NCBI GenBank assembly: GCA_020630275.1 | Contig: JAHDBU010000003.1 | Span: 1 to 59,845 of the forward strand | Reading direction: 5' to 3' | From: Hellea sp. | GTDB taxonomy: Bacteria > Pseudomonadota > Alphaproteobacteria > Caulobacterales > Maricaulaceae | DNA: 59,845 nucleotides | Shown: piece after piece, positions 20,600-30,537 of the stretch | Layout: every line of letters begins with the position of its first letter | Position numbering within the stretch: position 1 is the stretch's first letter | Notes under the pieces: generated by a model | Database searches by the model: none | What the model was told of the DNA's origin: nothing | The model's input: the letters and a program-made list of their open reading frames with translations, nothing else | Translations under genes and position numbers: made by a program

Positions 20600-20831
20600 A
20601 GGTCCCCTCAGACGCTCGAATCTAATTGTTTTTGTGGGAGCTGGTTAGCGCCCACCTTTAAAAACTCAAGCCCTGAACCGACTCAAAGTTTCCAGCGGAT
20701 TAATTTTACCTATATGAATGAAAGCTGACCGCTTGTTTTTTGAGTCGAATTGTGGATTGTATCTCATGAGTGCTTTACGCCAGTGGGGCGAAAAAGGTCA
20801 TTTAAGTTATTGTAATAATTGGAAAACACCC

Positions 20832-23669
20832 ATGCGCGTAAATTCAAAACTATTTTTTACCGGACTACTTGCCGCGGTGATCTTTGTGTCAGGGTGCAAA
20901 GAAACCAAAACGATCAAGGAGTCTGATTTTTTTCATGAAACAACAGACTTAAAACCTGACACCGGCATAGAATACGGACGGCTTGAGAATGGCTTGAGAT
21001 ATGCGGTCATGCAAAACGCGACCCCCTCCAATACAGCGACGCTTTTGATGCGCTTTAACACGGGGTCCATCAATGAGGCTGATGATGAGCGTGGACTGGC
21101 CCATTTCCTGGAACATATGGCCTTTAACGGTTCAGAAAACGTCCCTGAGGGCGAATTAATACCGCGACTCGAGAAGTTTGGATTGGCGTTTGGTGCGGAT
21201 ACTAATGCCTCAACCGGGTTTTTTGAGACGATTTATCAGCTCGAATTGCCAGAAGTGAACGATGATATCATCAATGAGGCTCTGTTTATTATGCGGGAAA
21301 CAGCGTCAAATCTGCTTTTGGAGCCCGAGGCCATCGAAAACGAGCGGGGAGTGATTCTGGCTGAGAAGCGCGCCAGAACCAGTCCGGCCTTTCATGCCTC
21401 CATTGCCCAGCTCAATTATTTTATGGATGGGACTTTGATCCCAGACCGTCTGCCAATCGGAACTGAAGACACGATTAAGTCTGTCACACCCGAACAATTC
21501 CGGGCCTTTTACGAGGGTTATTACCGTCCGGAAGATACTTTCATCGTGCTCGTCGGGGATATGGAAACGGCCTATGCGAGCAATAAAATCTCGGAATATT
21601 TCAGAGATTGGACCGCAAAAGGTGTGGATAAAAGTATCCATGAGCTAAAGGTTCTTGGGCCCAAACCTTTTGAAGCGACCTATTACTCCGACCCGGAAAT
21701 CCAAACCACTGTTTCGATCAACGTCATGAGTGCACCCGATCTGAGGGCTGATAAAAAGGCCAATCGCAAAGATTTCTACGTCGAGGCCCTGGGCAATCGG
21801 ATTTTGTCCCGCCGACTGGCCGCCATTGCCCAAACAGAGGAAGCTCCCTTTATCTCTGCCGGGGCCAGCACGTCGACGACCTACGATGCTATTCGCATTT
21901 CCTCCGTCAGCCTGTCCTCACAACCAGAAAACTGGGCGCAGGCTCTGGCGGCCGGAGAACAGGAGCTCCGAAAGGCGCTCGAATTTGGCTTTACTCAGGC
22001 CGAACTCGACGAACAGATTGCCAATTCCCGACAATCCCTAAAAGTTGCCGTCGAGCGCGCGGAGACGCGACGAACGTCCGGCTTGGCGCGTAGTATTCTT
22101 GGGAACTATTCCGGAGACGTTGTCATGACGAGTCCGGAATTTAACCGGGATTTCTTCGAAGAATATGCTGACACGATTACGCCGGAGCAAGTGCACGCTG
22201 CGTTCAAGGCGTATTGGGCAGGCATAGAAGAACCGCAAATATATATATCTACATCGGAAATTATCGAAAACCCGGAAGAAGCTATCAAGCAGGCTTACAG
22301 AGATAGCCAATCAGTCGGTGTCCAGGCTAATGAAGTCGTTGAAACCGCAGAATTTGCTTATCGGAATTTCGGCGAGCCAGGCAAGGTTAAGAGCCGTGTA
22401 AACGTAGAAGACGTAGATTTCACCCAGATTGAATTTGAAAACGGTGTGCGGCTTAATTTGAAAAAGACACCTTATCAGAAGGGGGTTCTTTCTGTGGATA
22501 TGGCCTATGGCAAAGGCGAATTGTTTTTAGAGGATGACGGAACACCAACGCGTTGGTTGCTGGGTAACGCCTTATCTTTGGGTGGGCTAAAAGCTCATTC
22601 CGCTGATGAGCTCAGAACAATCATGGCCGGAAAAAGCGTTGGCGTTGGCCATAATATGGGCACCAGGCAAATGTTTATGAATGGCGGAACAACTATGGAG
22701 TTCCTGCCTGAGCAGCTAAACTTAATGATGGCCTATTATCTGGAACCTGGGTTCCGGGACGAGGCTAAGGCTCGCTATGATAAGTGGATTAGTTCGTTCT
22801 ATCCGACGCTCGATTCAACTCCGGGCGGTGTCGCGTCGCGCGACCTGGAGCGCCTGATTCGTTCCGATAATCCGCGTTTTGGCATACCATCCGAAGAAGA
22901 TCTACGTGCCGCCAGCTTGGAAACCGCATCAAGCTGGCTAGACGACAGTAAAAGAGGCGAGTCTATCGAGATTGGAGTTGTCGGAGATATCGAAATTGAC
23001 ACGGTGATTGCGGAAGTGGCTCGGACATTTGGTACGCTGCCCAAAGTTAAAGCGGCTGCCCCCGTGGCGCCTGCTGATAAAATCAAACTGAAATTTGCAA
23101 ATGCCACAGATCGTCCGACAGTTCTGTCCCATGCTGGGGAGGACAATACGGCATTGCTACGGGTATACTGGCCGTCTCCGGACGGTCGCGATGATATGGT
23201 CGTCCGTCGCATGAACTTGCTTAATTCCATGTTTAAACTGCGTTTGGTAGAGGTTCTGCGAGAAGAGTTGGGCACGTCTTATTCGCCGTCTTCATTTGTT
23301 GTTTCGCCGCGCACCTATCCTGAATTTGGCTATCTGGCCGCGTCACTCGAAGTGAACCCGGAGGATATTACTAAGGCCGAAGCCCGCATCCACACCTTGG
23401 CCGAAGAATTTAAAAATGGCGAGTTTGATGAAGATCTATTTGAGCGGGCCATCACGCCGATTCGCGAAAACATAGAAGAATCTCTTGAAAGCAATGCCTA
23501 TTGGATGAACATTATTGCCCGTTCACAGACTGACCCCGAAATCGTGGCCCGTCATCGGCGTCGGCATGATGCTTATCAGGAGATGAAGCTCGAGGATCTA
23601 AAGCCTCTGGGCAAATCTGTGTTTAATCGTGACAAAGCCGTGGTTTATCATATCGTGCCTTCGCCATAA
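20832..23669 (+). CDS. M16 family zinc metallopeptidase (pitrilysin-like), lipoprotein
   Basis: HFLEHMAFNGSE inverted zinc motif. About 945 aa with duplicated M16 halves. The start is taken at MRVNSKLFFTGLLAAVIFVSGC (lipobox), not at the track start 20718. Confidence 0.85.
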   Translation: MRVNSKLFFTGLLAAVIFVSGCKETKTIKESDFFHETTDLKPDTGIEYGRLENGLRYAVMQNATPSNTATLLMRFNTGSINEADDERGLAHFLEHMAFNGSENVPEGELIPRLEKFGLAFGADTNASTGFFETIYQLELPEVNDDIINEALFIMRETASNLLLEPEAIENERGVILAEKRARTSPAFHASIAQLNYFMDGTLIPDRLPIGTEDTIKSVTPEQFRAFYEGYYRPEDTFIVLVGDMETAYASNKISEYFRDWTAKGVDKSIHELKVLGPKPFEATYYSDPEIQTTVSINVMSAPDLRADKKANRKDFYVEALGNRILSRRLAAIAQTEEAPFISAGASTSTTYDAIRISSVSLSSQPENWAQALAAGEQELRKALEFGFTQAELDEQIANSRQSLKVAVERAETRRTSGLARSILGNYSGDVVMTSPEFNRDFFEEYADTITPEQVHAAFKAYWAGIEEPQIYISTSEIIENPEEAIKQAYRDSQSVGVQANEVVETAEFAYRNFGEPGKVKSRVNVEDVDFTQIEFENGVRLNLKKTPYQKGVLSVDMAYGKGELFLEDDGTPTRWLLGNALSLGGLKAHSADELRTIMAGKSVGVGHNMGTRQMFMNGGTTMEFLPEQLNLMMAYYLEPGFRDEAKARYDKWISSFYPTLDSTPGGVASRDLERLIRSDNPRFGIPSEEDLRAASLETASSWLDDSKRGESIEIGVVGDIEIDTVIAEVARTFGTLPKVKAAAPVAPADKIKLKFANATDRPTVLSHAGEDNTALLRVYWPSPDGRDDMVVRRMNLLNSMFKLRLVEVLREELGTSYSPSSFVVSPRTYPEFGYLAASLEVNPEDITKAEARIHTLAEEFKNGEFDEDLFERAITPIRENIEESLESNAYWMNIIARSQTDPEIVARHRRRHDAYQEMKLEDLKPLGKSVFNRDKAVVYHIVPSP

Positions 23670-23776
23670 AAAAGCAAAAAGCCGCGACAATTAGGGCCGG
23701 ATTAGGCTAAATTTAAGTCTTCGCATTCAGATCAACCCTGTTTATACCAAAGCAAATCAGTCAATAAGGTTGTCCC

Positions 23777-24556
23777 ATGGTTCAGCTTACGCTCCCAAAG
23801 AACTCGAAACTCTCCAAGGGTAAGGATTGGCCAGCCATTGCTGGTGGAAAACGGCTGAAAACATTCAAAATTTACCGTTTTGACCCGGCAGACGGGCAAG
23901 GACCTCGCTGGGATACCTACCAGATCGATCTGGATGAATGCGGGCCTATGGTGTTGGACGCTTTGATTAAGATTAAAAACGAAGTTGATCCGACGCTGGC
24001 ATTCCGCCGCTCATGCCGCGAAGGGGTTTGTGGTTCCTGCGCCATGAATATTGGCGGACGAAATACATTAGCTTGCACCAAAGGCATTGATGAAGTCGGC
24101 GGCGGCACCATCGCCATCAGCCCGCTGCCACACATGCCAGTTGTCAGAGACTTGGTTCCTGATCTTTCGCAATTCTATGCCCAATACGCGGAAATCCAAC
24201 CTTGGCTACAAACCAGCGAAGCTGAACCCAAGGGCGAACATCAACAAACTATCGAAGACCGTGAAAAGCTCAACGGCCTCTACGAATGTATTCTCTGCGC
24301 GTCCTGCTCAACGTCATGCCCGTCTTATTGGTGGAACGGGGACCGATATCTCGGTCCAGCGGCACTCCTACAGGCGTATCGCTGGCTGATCGATAGCAGA
24401 GATGATGCCACGAATGAGCGCCTGGACAGACTGGAAGATCCGTTCAAGCTTTATCGCTGTCACACAATTATGAACTGCGCCAATGTTTGCCCAAAGGGCT
24501 TAAACCCGGCCAAAGCCATTGCAGAAGTCAAGAAGATGATGGTGGAGCGGGCCTAG
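23777..24556 (+). CDS. sdhB: Succinate dehydrogenase iron-sulfur subunit
   Basis: 259 aa; three Cys clusters ([15 protein letters not shown]; [12 protein letters not shown]; [17 protein letters not shown]). Confidence 0.95.
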   Translation: MVQLTLPKNSKLSKGKDWPAIAGGKRLKTFKIYRFDPADGQGPRWDTYQIDLDECGPMVLDALIKIKNEVDPTLAFRRSCREGVCGSCAMNIGGRNTLACTKGIDEVGGGTIAISPLPHMPVVRDLVPDLSQFYAQYAEIQPWLQTSEAEPKGEHQQTIEDREKLNGLYECILCASCSTSCPSYWWNGDRYLGPAALLQAYRWLIDSRDDATNERLDRLEDPFKLYRCHTIMNCANVCPKGLNPAKAIAEVKKMMVERA

Positions 24557-25803
24557 GTCACTTTATAGCGCTTGAGGTATTTCGGGTTATCCCATTGTTT
24601 TTCTTTGATTATCTTGTTAACGGCCTGCAAGACATTCCAAATATCGATATAACGGATATAAAGTGGCGACAGACCAAACCTAATCGTTGATGGCGTTCTA
24701 AAATCCGTTTGAAACCCTTGATCATGCAGTGCCCGTGAAATGGCGTAAGCGTTTTCAAGCTCCAAGCTGACATGGCCACCGCGATGGGCTGCTGTTTTGG
24801 GAGATGAGATACACAGCCCCATACTCTCCGCCATGGCGACACACAAATCACCCAGCTTTCCAGATTTTTCCTCCAGATCATGGATATCTACACCCTCAAA
24901 ACAGCTCAGAGCGCCCCCTAGAGCGCTAAGAGAGAGAATAGGCGGCGTGCCTGAGGCAAAACGCGAAGAATTGTCTGTGGGGGCGTATATGGGCTCAAAT
25001 GAGAAGGGCCGGGCATGTCCCATCCATCCGGGGAGCGGCGTCGTCATATCGCTCAACAAACTCTTGTGAACATAAAGAAACGACGGGGCGCCTGGACCAG
25101 CATTCAGGTATTTATAGGTGCAACCTGTTGCCAGGCGAGCCCCGACGGCTTGCATGTCTAAGGCAACAACACCTGTGGCGTGGGATAGATCCCAGATAAT
25201 CAGAGTGCCAGATTTAGCAGCGGCTTCTTCATAGTCTTTCATATTGACCCGGTTGGAATTCCGAAATCCGACCGCGCTTTTGATATAAATACCGCCGGAA
25301 TTCAGCGCTCGCTTTTCATCTCCCGTAGTGACCCTATTGCAGGATATACCTTTTATCCTGGCGATACTGTCCGCCATGTACTGATCCGTCGGGAATTCGG
25401 TCTCATCCACATAAATAACCTTCGCATTGACCAAGGGGAGTGCGGCGATGGCCAATTTGAATATATTGGTCGAGACCGTATCCGTGACCATGACCTCCTT
25501 GGGATGGGCTCCAATTAACCCAGAAATCTTGGCCCCTAATGTCTTGGCCATGTCGAACCAGCCTGCCGAATTCCAGGATCCGACCAAACCGTTTTTCCAA
25601 TCCTCTTCCAGGCATCTTCTAACGGCATCGATGGAGGCCATACTCGACGGGCCGAGTGAATGCCCAACGAGATAAACTACATCTTCTTGCAGGTGAAAAA
25701 GTGATCTCTTATCGGCGAGGGGATCGGCTGCATCCAGCGCCAGCACGGCGTCACGATTTTTCGGTATTTCCATAGTTTTCTTTTGCCTCACGGCCAGAGA
25801 CAT
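24553..25803 (-). CDS. kynU: Kynureninase
   Basis: Collinear with bacterial KynU as I remember it ([50 protein letters not shown]). The true start may be Met11 at 25773 (MEIPKNRD..). Confidence 0.9.
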   Translation of the reverse strand: MSLAVRQKKTMEIPKNRDAVLALDAADPLADKRSLFHLQEDVVYLVGHSLGPSSMASIDAVRRCLEEDWKNGLVGSWNSAGWFDMAKTLGAKISGLIGAHPKEVMVTDTVSTNIFKLAIAALPLVNAKVIYVDETEFPTDQYMADSIARIKGISCNRVTTGDEKRALNSGGIYIKSAVGFRNSNRVNMKDYEEAAAKSGTLIIWDLSHATGVVALDMQAVGARLATGCTYKYLNAGPGAPSFLYVHKSLLSDMTTPLPGWMGHARPFSFEPIYAPTDNSSRFASGTPPILSLSALGGALSCFEGVDIHDLEEKSGKLGDLCVAMAESMGLCISSPKTAAHRGGHVSLELENAYAISRALHDQGFQTDFRTPSTIRFGLSPLYIRYIDIWNVLQAVNKIIKEKQWDNPKYLKRYKVT

Positions 25804-25817
25804 GGCTAGTAGGATTT

Positions 25818-26768
25818 ATGGTTTCTTTGTTCGTCAGATTACTGCCATTGATTGCGCTCAGCGGATGTGCACCTCAAACTTCTGATTTAGAGGCTGCAAG
25901 CAAATCCACTCAACAGGATGTCATCGTGGAAAAACAGATCATGACATGGCCGGATTTGACAAACCAGCCGCTTCCCGAGCCAACCACATCCATAACCTAT
26001 AGTGATTTGCCCACGGCTATTGTCGATGTCTGGCTGCCCGATAACCAGGGGCCGCATCCTGTAGTCTTAATGATCCATGGCGGTTGCTGGCAAAAGTCAA
26101 TCGCGGACCGATCGCTTATGAATTACATGGCCGAAGCCCTGCGCAAGAATGGGATGGCGGTCTGGAATGTCGAATATCGCGGCGTAGATGAGCCAGGAGG
26201 CGGATATCCGGGCACGTTTGAAGATGTAGCCATGGCAGGCAATGCGCTCTCTGAGCACGCCTTAGAACTCAATCTGGATTTGAACAGGGTTGCGGGTTTT
26301 GGACATTCGGCGGGAGGGCATCTGATCACTTGGTATGCGGGATCCGTAAATCTGCCCGAATTTACCGAAATTAATGCTCGGCGAGAGACACCTCTCAAAG
26401 GCATTATCAATTCCGGGGGCTTGGCCGATTTGGTCGCTTCCGAACCAATAACTTTGGCATCTTGCTTGGCAGAAATCCGACCGCGTTTGACAGGGCGGGC
26501 TAGCAAGACCCGACCAGACCCATATGCGGACACCTCAAGTGACCGTCTTTTGCCAACTGGCGTGGCCATATACAACGTCAACGGCGAGAAAGATAAGATA
26601 GCACCTGAGGAACTCGGGATGGCATATACAGAGGCTGCGACTATCGCTGGTGACAATGCCGCTTATGCCCATGCGGCCGGAGAGGGGCATGTTGAATTGA
26701 TTGCCCCGGGAACGAAAGCTTTTGAATTGCAAGTCGAAATCTTAAAAAGCCTGTTGATGCCTACATGA
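25818..26768 (+). CDS. Alpha/beta hydrolase (esterase/lipase fold), lipoprotein
   Basis: 316 aa; lipobox LIALSGC at residues 11-17; HGGCW oxyanion motif and GHSAGGH nucleophile elbow. Confidence 0.75.
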   Translation: MVSLFVRLLPLIALSGCAPQTSDLEAASKSTQQDVIVEKQIMTWPDLTNQPLPEPTTSITYSDLPTAIVDVWLPDNQGPHPVVLMIHGGCWQKSIADRSLMNYMAEALRKNGMAVWNVEYRGVDEPGGGYPGTFEDVAMAGNALSEHALELNLDLNRVAGFGHSAGGHLITWYAGSVNLPEFTEINARRETPLKGIINSGGLADLVASEPITLASCLAEIRPRLTGRASKTRPDPYADTSSDRLLPTGVAIYNVNGEKDKIAPEELGMAYTEAATIAGDNAAYAHAAGEGHVELIAPGTKAFELQVEILKSLLMPT

Positions 26769-26990
26769 ACCCACGGGATTCATCCAAATATTAAATTTCG
26801 GAATTAAGAAAAATTCGCGCCGTTAACAATTTCGGCTCAATTGATTAAGAATTCAGCAACTATTTCTTTTAGCATTCAAGCGAATTTTGCACCGTTTTGA
26901 ACCACATTCCCTCCTGAGGAGAAAACCTCAATTTACCTAAGTTTTACAAGAACTTGGTAGTGTTAGGCGAACCAAAAACGAGGTTGGGAA

Positions 26991-28211
26991 ATGGTGGACT
27001 TTACGGCTCGAGATCGCCTGAAACTTTTACTAGGCGGCAGTGCACTTTTGTTAACAGCATGTGGTGGAGGTGGTAACGAACCGGTCTCCGGAGGTGTTTT
27101 CAACGGAAAGCCGCCCCCTCCACCCCCGCCGCCTCCGCCTCCATCTCCGCCGCCAACGGGGAGTGATACGCCGGTCACCGGCATGTTGCGGGATTACTAT
27201 CGAAATAATTTCAAAATCGGCACAGCGATTAATCACCAACAAGTCGACGCGCGGGACAAATCCGCCCAAATTGCTGCTGATCAATTTAATTCCATTACGC
27301 CGGAATGGGAACTTAAACCGTCTGTCATCAACCCATCTCCAGGCGTTTATAATTTTTCGGAAGGCGACCGCATTGTTGATTGGGCCCTTGAGAATAACAT
27401 GGCCGTCCGCGGTCACGCTTTACTATGGCATGTTTCCACACCTCATCATTTCCTTGAAGGCAGCCGAGAGGATATCAAACTCCGGCTAGAGGATTATATC
27501 TGGACTGTCATGGATCACTATCGTGGCCGAATTCATGTCTGGGACGTCGTTAACGAGATTGTCTCACCCGACATCTACCGAGGTTATGACGGGGTGGGAC
27601 CAGACCGACGATCAAACTGGTACAATGCCGTCGGAAATTCGGATTATATCGACTGGGCATTTCATGCGGCGAGAGCAGCTGACCCGAACGTTCAGCTCTT
27701 CCTCAATGAATATGACACAGAGACACCCCTAAAACGCGAATGGTTTGTTCAAATTCTACGTCGACTGAAGCAGCGTGGCGTTCCGCTCGATGGCGTCGGA
27801 CACCAAATGCATATGTTTTATGACACGGATTATAAAGAGGCTCTGGCCGCGATCGAGGCCGTCGACAACGAATATATGGGTCTTATCCAGCATGTCACTG
27901 AGATTGATGTGAGCGTTTATCATGATCCCGGTGAGTGTTGGCAGACGTCAACAAATTGTGACGCCGATTACGGTCCAAACCCGCCGACAGAGGTGTTAAA
28001 CACTCAGGCCGCACTGCTTAAAAATCTTTTAGATGGCCTAACGCTCAAACCCAGCGTCGAATCTGTTTCATTCTGGGGCGTTCGGGATGGGGATAGTTGG
28101 CTGAATACGTCTCCGATTGAGCGACATAATCACCCGTTATTGTTTGACCGGGATGGAAAGCCAAAGCCTGCTTTCCACGCTCTTACCGATCCAAACTATA
28201 AAACCGAATAA
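26991..28211 (+). CDS. GH10 endo-1,4-beta-xylanase, lipoprotein with poly-Pro linker (copy 1)
   Basis: 406 aa; lipobox LLTACGG; linker KPPPPPPPPPPPSPPP; GH10 motifs RGHALLWH, WDVVNEI (acid/base Glu) and VTEIDVS (nucleophile Glu). Confidence 0.88.
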   Translation: MVDFTARDRLKLLLGGSALLLTACGGGGNEPVSGGVFNGKPPPPPPPPPPPSPPPTGSDTPVTGMLRDYYRNNFKIGTAINHQQVDARDKSAQIAADQFNSITPEWELKPSVINPSPGVYNFSEGDRIVDWALENNMAVRGHALLWHVSTPHHFLEGSREDIKLRLEDYIWTVMDHYRGRIHVWDVVNEIVSPDIYRGYDGVGPDRRSNWYNAVGNSDYIDWAFHAARAADPNVQLFLNEYDTETPLKREWFVQILRRLKQRGVPLDGVGHQMHMFYDTDYKEALAAIEAVDNEYMGLIQHVTEIDVSVYHDPGECWQTSTNCDADYGPNPPTEVLNTQAALLKNLLDGLTLKPSVESVSFWGVRDGDSWLNTSPIERHNHPLLFDRDGKPKPAFHALTDPNYKTE

Positions 28212-28292
28212 GCGTTAAGGATAAGGCTCTCAATTTTCACCGATAATTTACGGGATTTAAGTATCCTTTAAAAAAAAGAATTAGAGGTTAAG

Positions 28293-29516
28293 ATGGTGGA
28301 TTTTACGGCAAGAGACCGTTTGAGGTTGCTCTTGGGCGGTAGTGCGCTGGCACTGGGAGCCTGTGGCGGCGGCGGAAGTTCTCAGACAGCATCCGGTGTA
28401 TTTCAAGGCGGAGGCAATCCGCCACCTCCGCCGCCACCAACTCCGCCAACGAACGGAAGCGGGGGGACTACTGGAGAACTGACAACCGGGCTATTGCGCG
28501 ATACTTTTCGAAACAATTTCACAGTTGGCACCGCCTTATCCAATCAACGGGTTTCCGCCATGGATCCGTCTGCGGAATTAGCCTTGGATCAATTCTCAAG
28601 CATTACCCCTGAGTGGGAGTTAAAGCCTGATGTGATTCAGCCTACGCCCGGCGTATTCAATTTCTCGGAAGGTGACCGGGTCGTCGACTGGGCGCTGGAA
28701 AACGGCATGGAAGTTCGTGGGCATGCATTGGTTTGGCACGAATCGATGCCTGAGCATTTCTATCAAGGGACGCCAACCGATATTAGACTTCGTTTGGAGG
28801 AATATATCTCGACAGTGGTTGATTACTTCCGTGGAAGAGTGACAGCTTGGGATGTGGTTAATGAAGTAACGTCGGCTGATATTTACCGAGGTTCTGATGG
28901 TATAGGACCCGATCGTCGAAGTGAAATGTATAATGCGGTCGGAAGTGCCGATTATATCGATTGGGCATTCAGAGCGGCTCGCGCTGCCGATCCAGACGCA
29001 CTATTGTTTATCAGCGAATATGATACGGAAACTGAATTCAAACGAAATTGGCTAATGGAAATTGTCAGGCGGTTAAACCAGCGTGGGGTTCCCATCGATG
29101 GTGTGGGGCATCAGTTCCATTTTTTCTTGGATACCGACCCGGCGCAGGCCCTGGCGGCTATTGATGCAGTCGACAATGAGTTCTTGGGTCTAATCAATCA
29201 TGCAACCGAAATTGATGTGTCTTTCTATCGTGATCCTGGGGAGTGCTGGCAGCAGAGAACAAATTGTTTGGCCGACCTTGGACCGAATCCGCCCGACGAT
29301 ATGTTGGCGCAACAGGCCCAGCTATTACGGACTTTGTTTGAAGGCCTGGCCCTTCGATCTTCGGTCGAATCGGTCTCTTTCTGGGGCGTTCGGGATGGCG
29401 ATAGCTGGCTGAATTCTTCACCGATCGAGCGGTTCAACTATCCGCTCTTGTTCGATAGGGAGGGCCAAGCCAAACCGGTTTTCCATGCGATTACGGATCC
29501 GAATTACGTGATATAA
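28293..29516 (+). CDS. GH10 endo-1,4-beta-xylanase, lipoprotein with Pro-rich linker (copy 2)
   Basis: 407 aa; same N-terminus MVDFTARDRLRLLLGGSAL..GACGG; motifs RGHALVWH, WDVVNEV and ATEIDVS; GAGG RBS. Confidence 0.88.
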   Translation: MVDFTARDRLRLLLGGSALALGACGGGGSSQTASGVFQGGGNPPPPPPPTPPTNGSGGTTGELTTGLLRDTFRNNFTVGTALSNQRVSAMDPSAELALDQFSSITPEWELKPDVIQPTPGVFNFSEGDRVVDWALENGMEVRGHALVWHESMPEHFYQGTPTDIRLRLEEYISTVVDYFRGRVTAWDVVNEVTSADIYRGSDGIGPDRRSEMYNAVGSADYIDWAFRAARAADPDALLFISEYDTETEFKRNWLMEIVRRLNQRGVPIDGVGHQFHFFLDTDPAQALAAIDAVDNEFLGLINHATEIDVSFYRDPGECWQQRTNCLADLGPNPPDDMLAQQAQLLRTLFEGLALRSSVESVSFWGVRDGDSWLNSSPIERFNYPLLFDREGQAKPVFHAITDPNYVI

Positions 29517-29574
29517 TAATCGTGTTTTGACAGAAACTGGTCCGGCGCATAAGCCGGGCCCAAGGAGTCCTGTC

Positions 29575-30537
29575 ATGGCAAACAATAATTCAAAGCTCAA
29601 AGTCGCTTTACCGCAGATCTCACCCGTATGGTTAGACCGCGATAAGACTCTGGCTAAAGTTATCAAAACAATTGAGGACGCCGCGAAGTCCAATGCTGAG
29701 TTAATTGTATTTGGTGAAGGACTAGTCCCTGGTTATCCGTTTTGGCCGGATCTGACCGGCGGGGCCAAGTTTAATAATGCCAAGCAAAAAGAACTATTTG
29801 CCCATTACGCGGACCAGGCCGTCACGATCGAAGATGGCCATCTCGAAGGCGTATGCGAGGCCCTGAAAAAGTCCAAAATGGCCTGTTACTTGGGAATCAT
29901 TGAGCGCCCGCGTCAAAGAAGTGGTCATTCTCTCTATGCCAGTTTTGTTTATATTGATCCGGTCGGCACGATCCAGTCTGTGCACCGTAAACTCCAGCCG
30001 ACTTATGAGGAGCGCCTAGTCTGGTCGCCTGGAGATGGGGCGGGGCTAGTCACTCATCGCTTGGGTGCCTTTACTCTCGGTGGGCTGAACTGCTGGGAAA
30101 ACTGGATGCCTTTATCTCGTGCGGCGCTCTACGCTCAGGCAGAAGATTTGCACGTCGCTTGTTGGCCCGGAAGCCTCAGAAATACGGTCGATATTACACC
30201 TTTTTTGGCGAAAGAAGGCCGGAGTTATTGCATATCAGTGTCTAGTCTTATGCGGCCTTCCGATGTCCCAGATGATACCCCTTTTTCAAATGAAATCAAA
30301 GACTTAATGCCAGAAGTTGCAGCGGATGGCGGGTCGTGTATTGCTGCGCCCGACGGTAGTTGGGTGCTCGAACCTGTAACCCACGAAGAAGGGTTGCGAT
30401 TTGCGGAATTAGACCCGAAATTGATCCGGCAGGAGCGTCACAATTTTGATGCGGCCGGGCATTATTCCCGACCTGATGTAACCCAACTCACAGTTAATCG
30501 ACAGCGACAGTCGATAGCGCGCTTTGAGGACGAATAA
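29575..30537 (+). CDS. Nitrilase / carbon-nitrogen hydrolase family protein
   Basis: The start at MANNNSKLKVALPQISPVW is preceded by AAGGAG. Motifs FGEGLVPGYP (Glu), HRKLQPT (Lys) and GGLNCWENWMP (catalytic Cys). Confidence 0.85.
   Translation: MANNNSKLKVALPQISPVWLDRDKTLAKVIKTIEDAAKSNAELIVFGEGLVPGYPFWPDLTGGAKFNNAKQKELFAHYADQAVTIEDGHLEGVCEALKKSKMACYLGIIERPRQRSGHSLYASFVYIDPVGTIQSVHRKLQPTYEERLVWSPGDGAGLVTHRLGAFTLGGLNCWENWMPLSRAALYAQAEDLHVACWPGSLRNTVDITPFLAKEGRSYCISVSSLMRPSDVPDDTPFSNEIKDLMPEVAADGGSCIAAPDGSWVLEPVTHEEGLRFAELDPKLIRQERHNFDAAGHYSRPDVTQLTVNRQRQSIARFEDE

Noticed and set aside
20718-20831. Extended N-termini given by the ORF track for the M16 peptidase (20718), TBDR (48147), halogenase-like (51068), nitrilase (29527), L21 (11799) and the giant protein (19862).
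   Set aside because: In each case an internal ATG gives a canonical N-terminus (signal peptide or lipobox, GxGxxG, or [14 protein letters not shown]) and has a better-placed RBS. For the TBDR, the extension would also cover the operator-like palindromes.
25818-26768. Alpha/beta hydrolase divergent from kynU as a possible kynurenine formamidase (kynB analogue).
   Set aside because: The protein begins with a lipoprotein signal (..LIALSGC) and so is predicted to be exported, which is incompatible with a cytosolic tryptophan-catabolic step. It is kept as a generic esterase/lipase.
26991-27080. Possible twin-arginine (Tat) signal in the GH10 N-termini (TARDRLKLLLGG).
   Set aside because: The Arg residues are separated by Asp (R-D-R), so the S/T-R-R-x-F-L-K consensus is not met. 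A Sec/SPII lipobox (ACGG) is the simpler reading.
26963-27184. Minus-strand 73-aa ORF with a poly-Gly run, and other ORFs overlapping the GH10 5' region (27051..27416 minus strand; 27061..27489 plus strand).
   Set aside because: These are antisense or out-of-frame shadows of the CCN-rich proline-linker DNA. They have no RBS, and the GH10 frame is strongly supported by catalytic motifs.
29539-29560. Stem-loop GGTCCGGC-GCATAA-GCCGGGCC between the second GH10 gene and the nitrilase gene, as a possible terminator.
   Set aside because: No U-tract follows it, and it directly abuts the nitrilase RBS. It may affect mRNA stability or translation, but I cannot support calling it a terminator.
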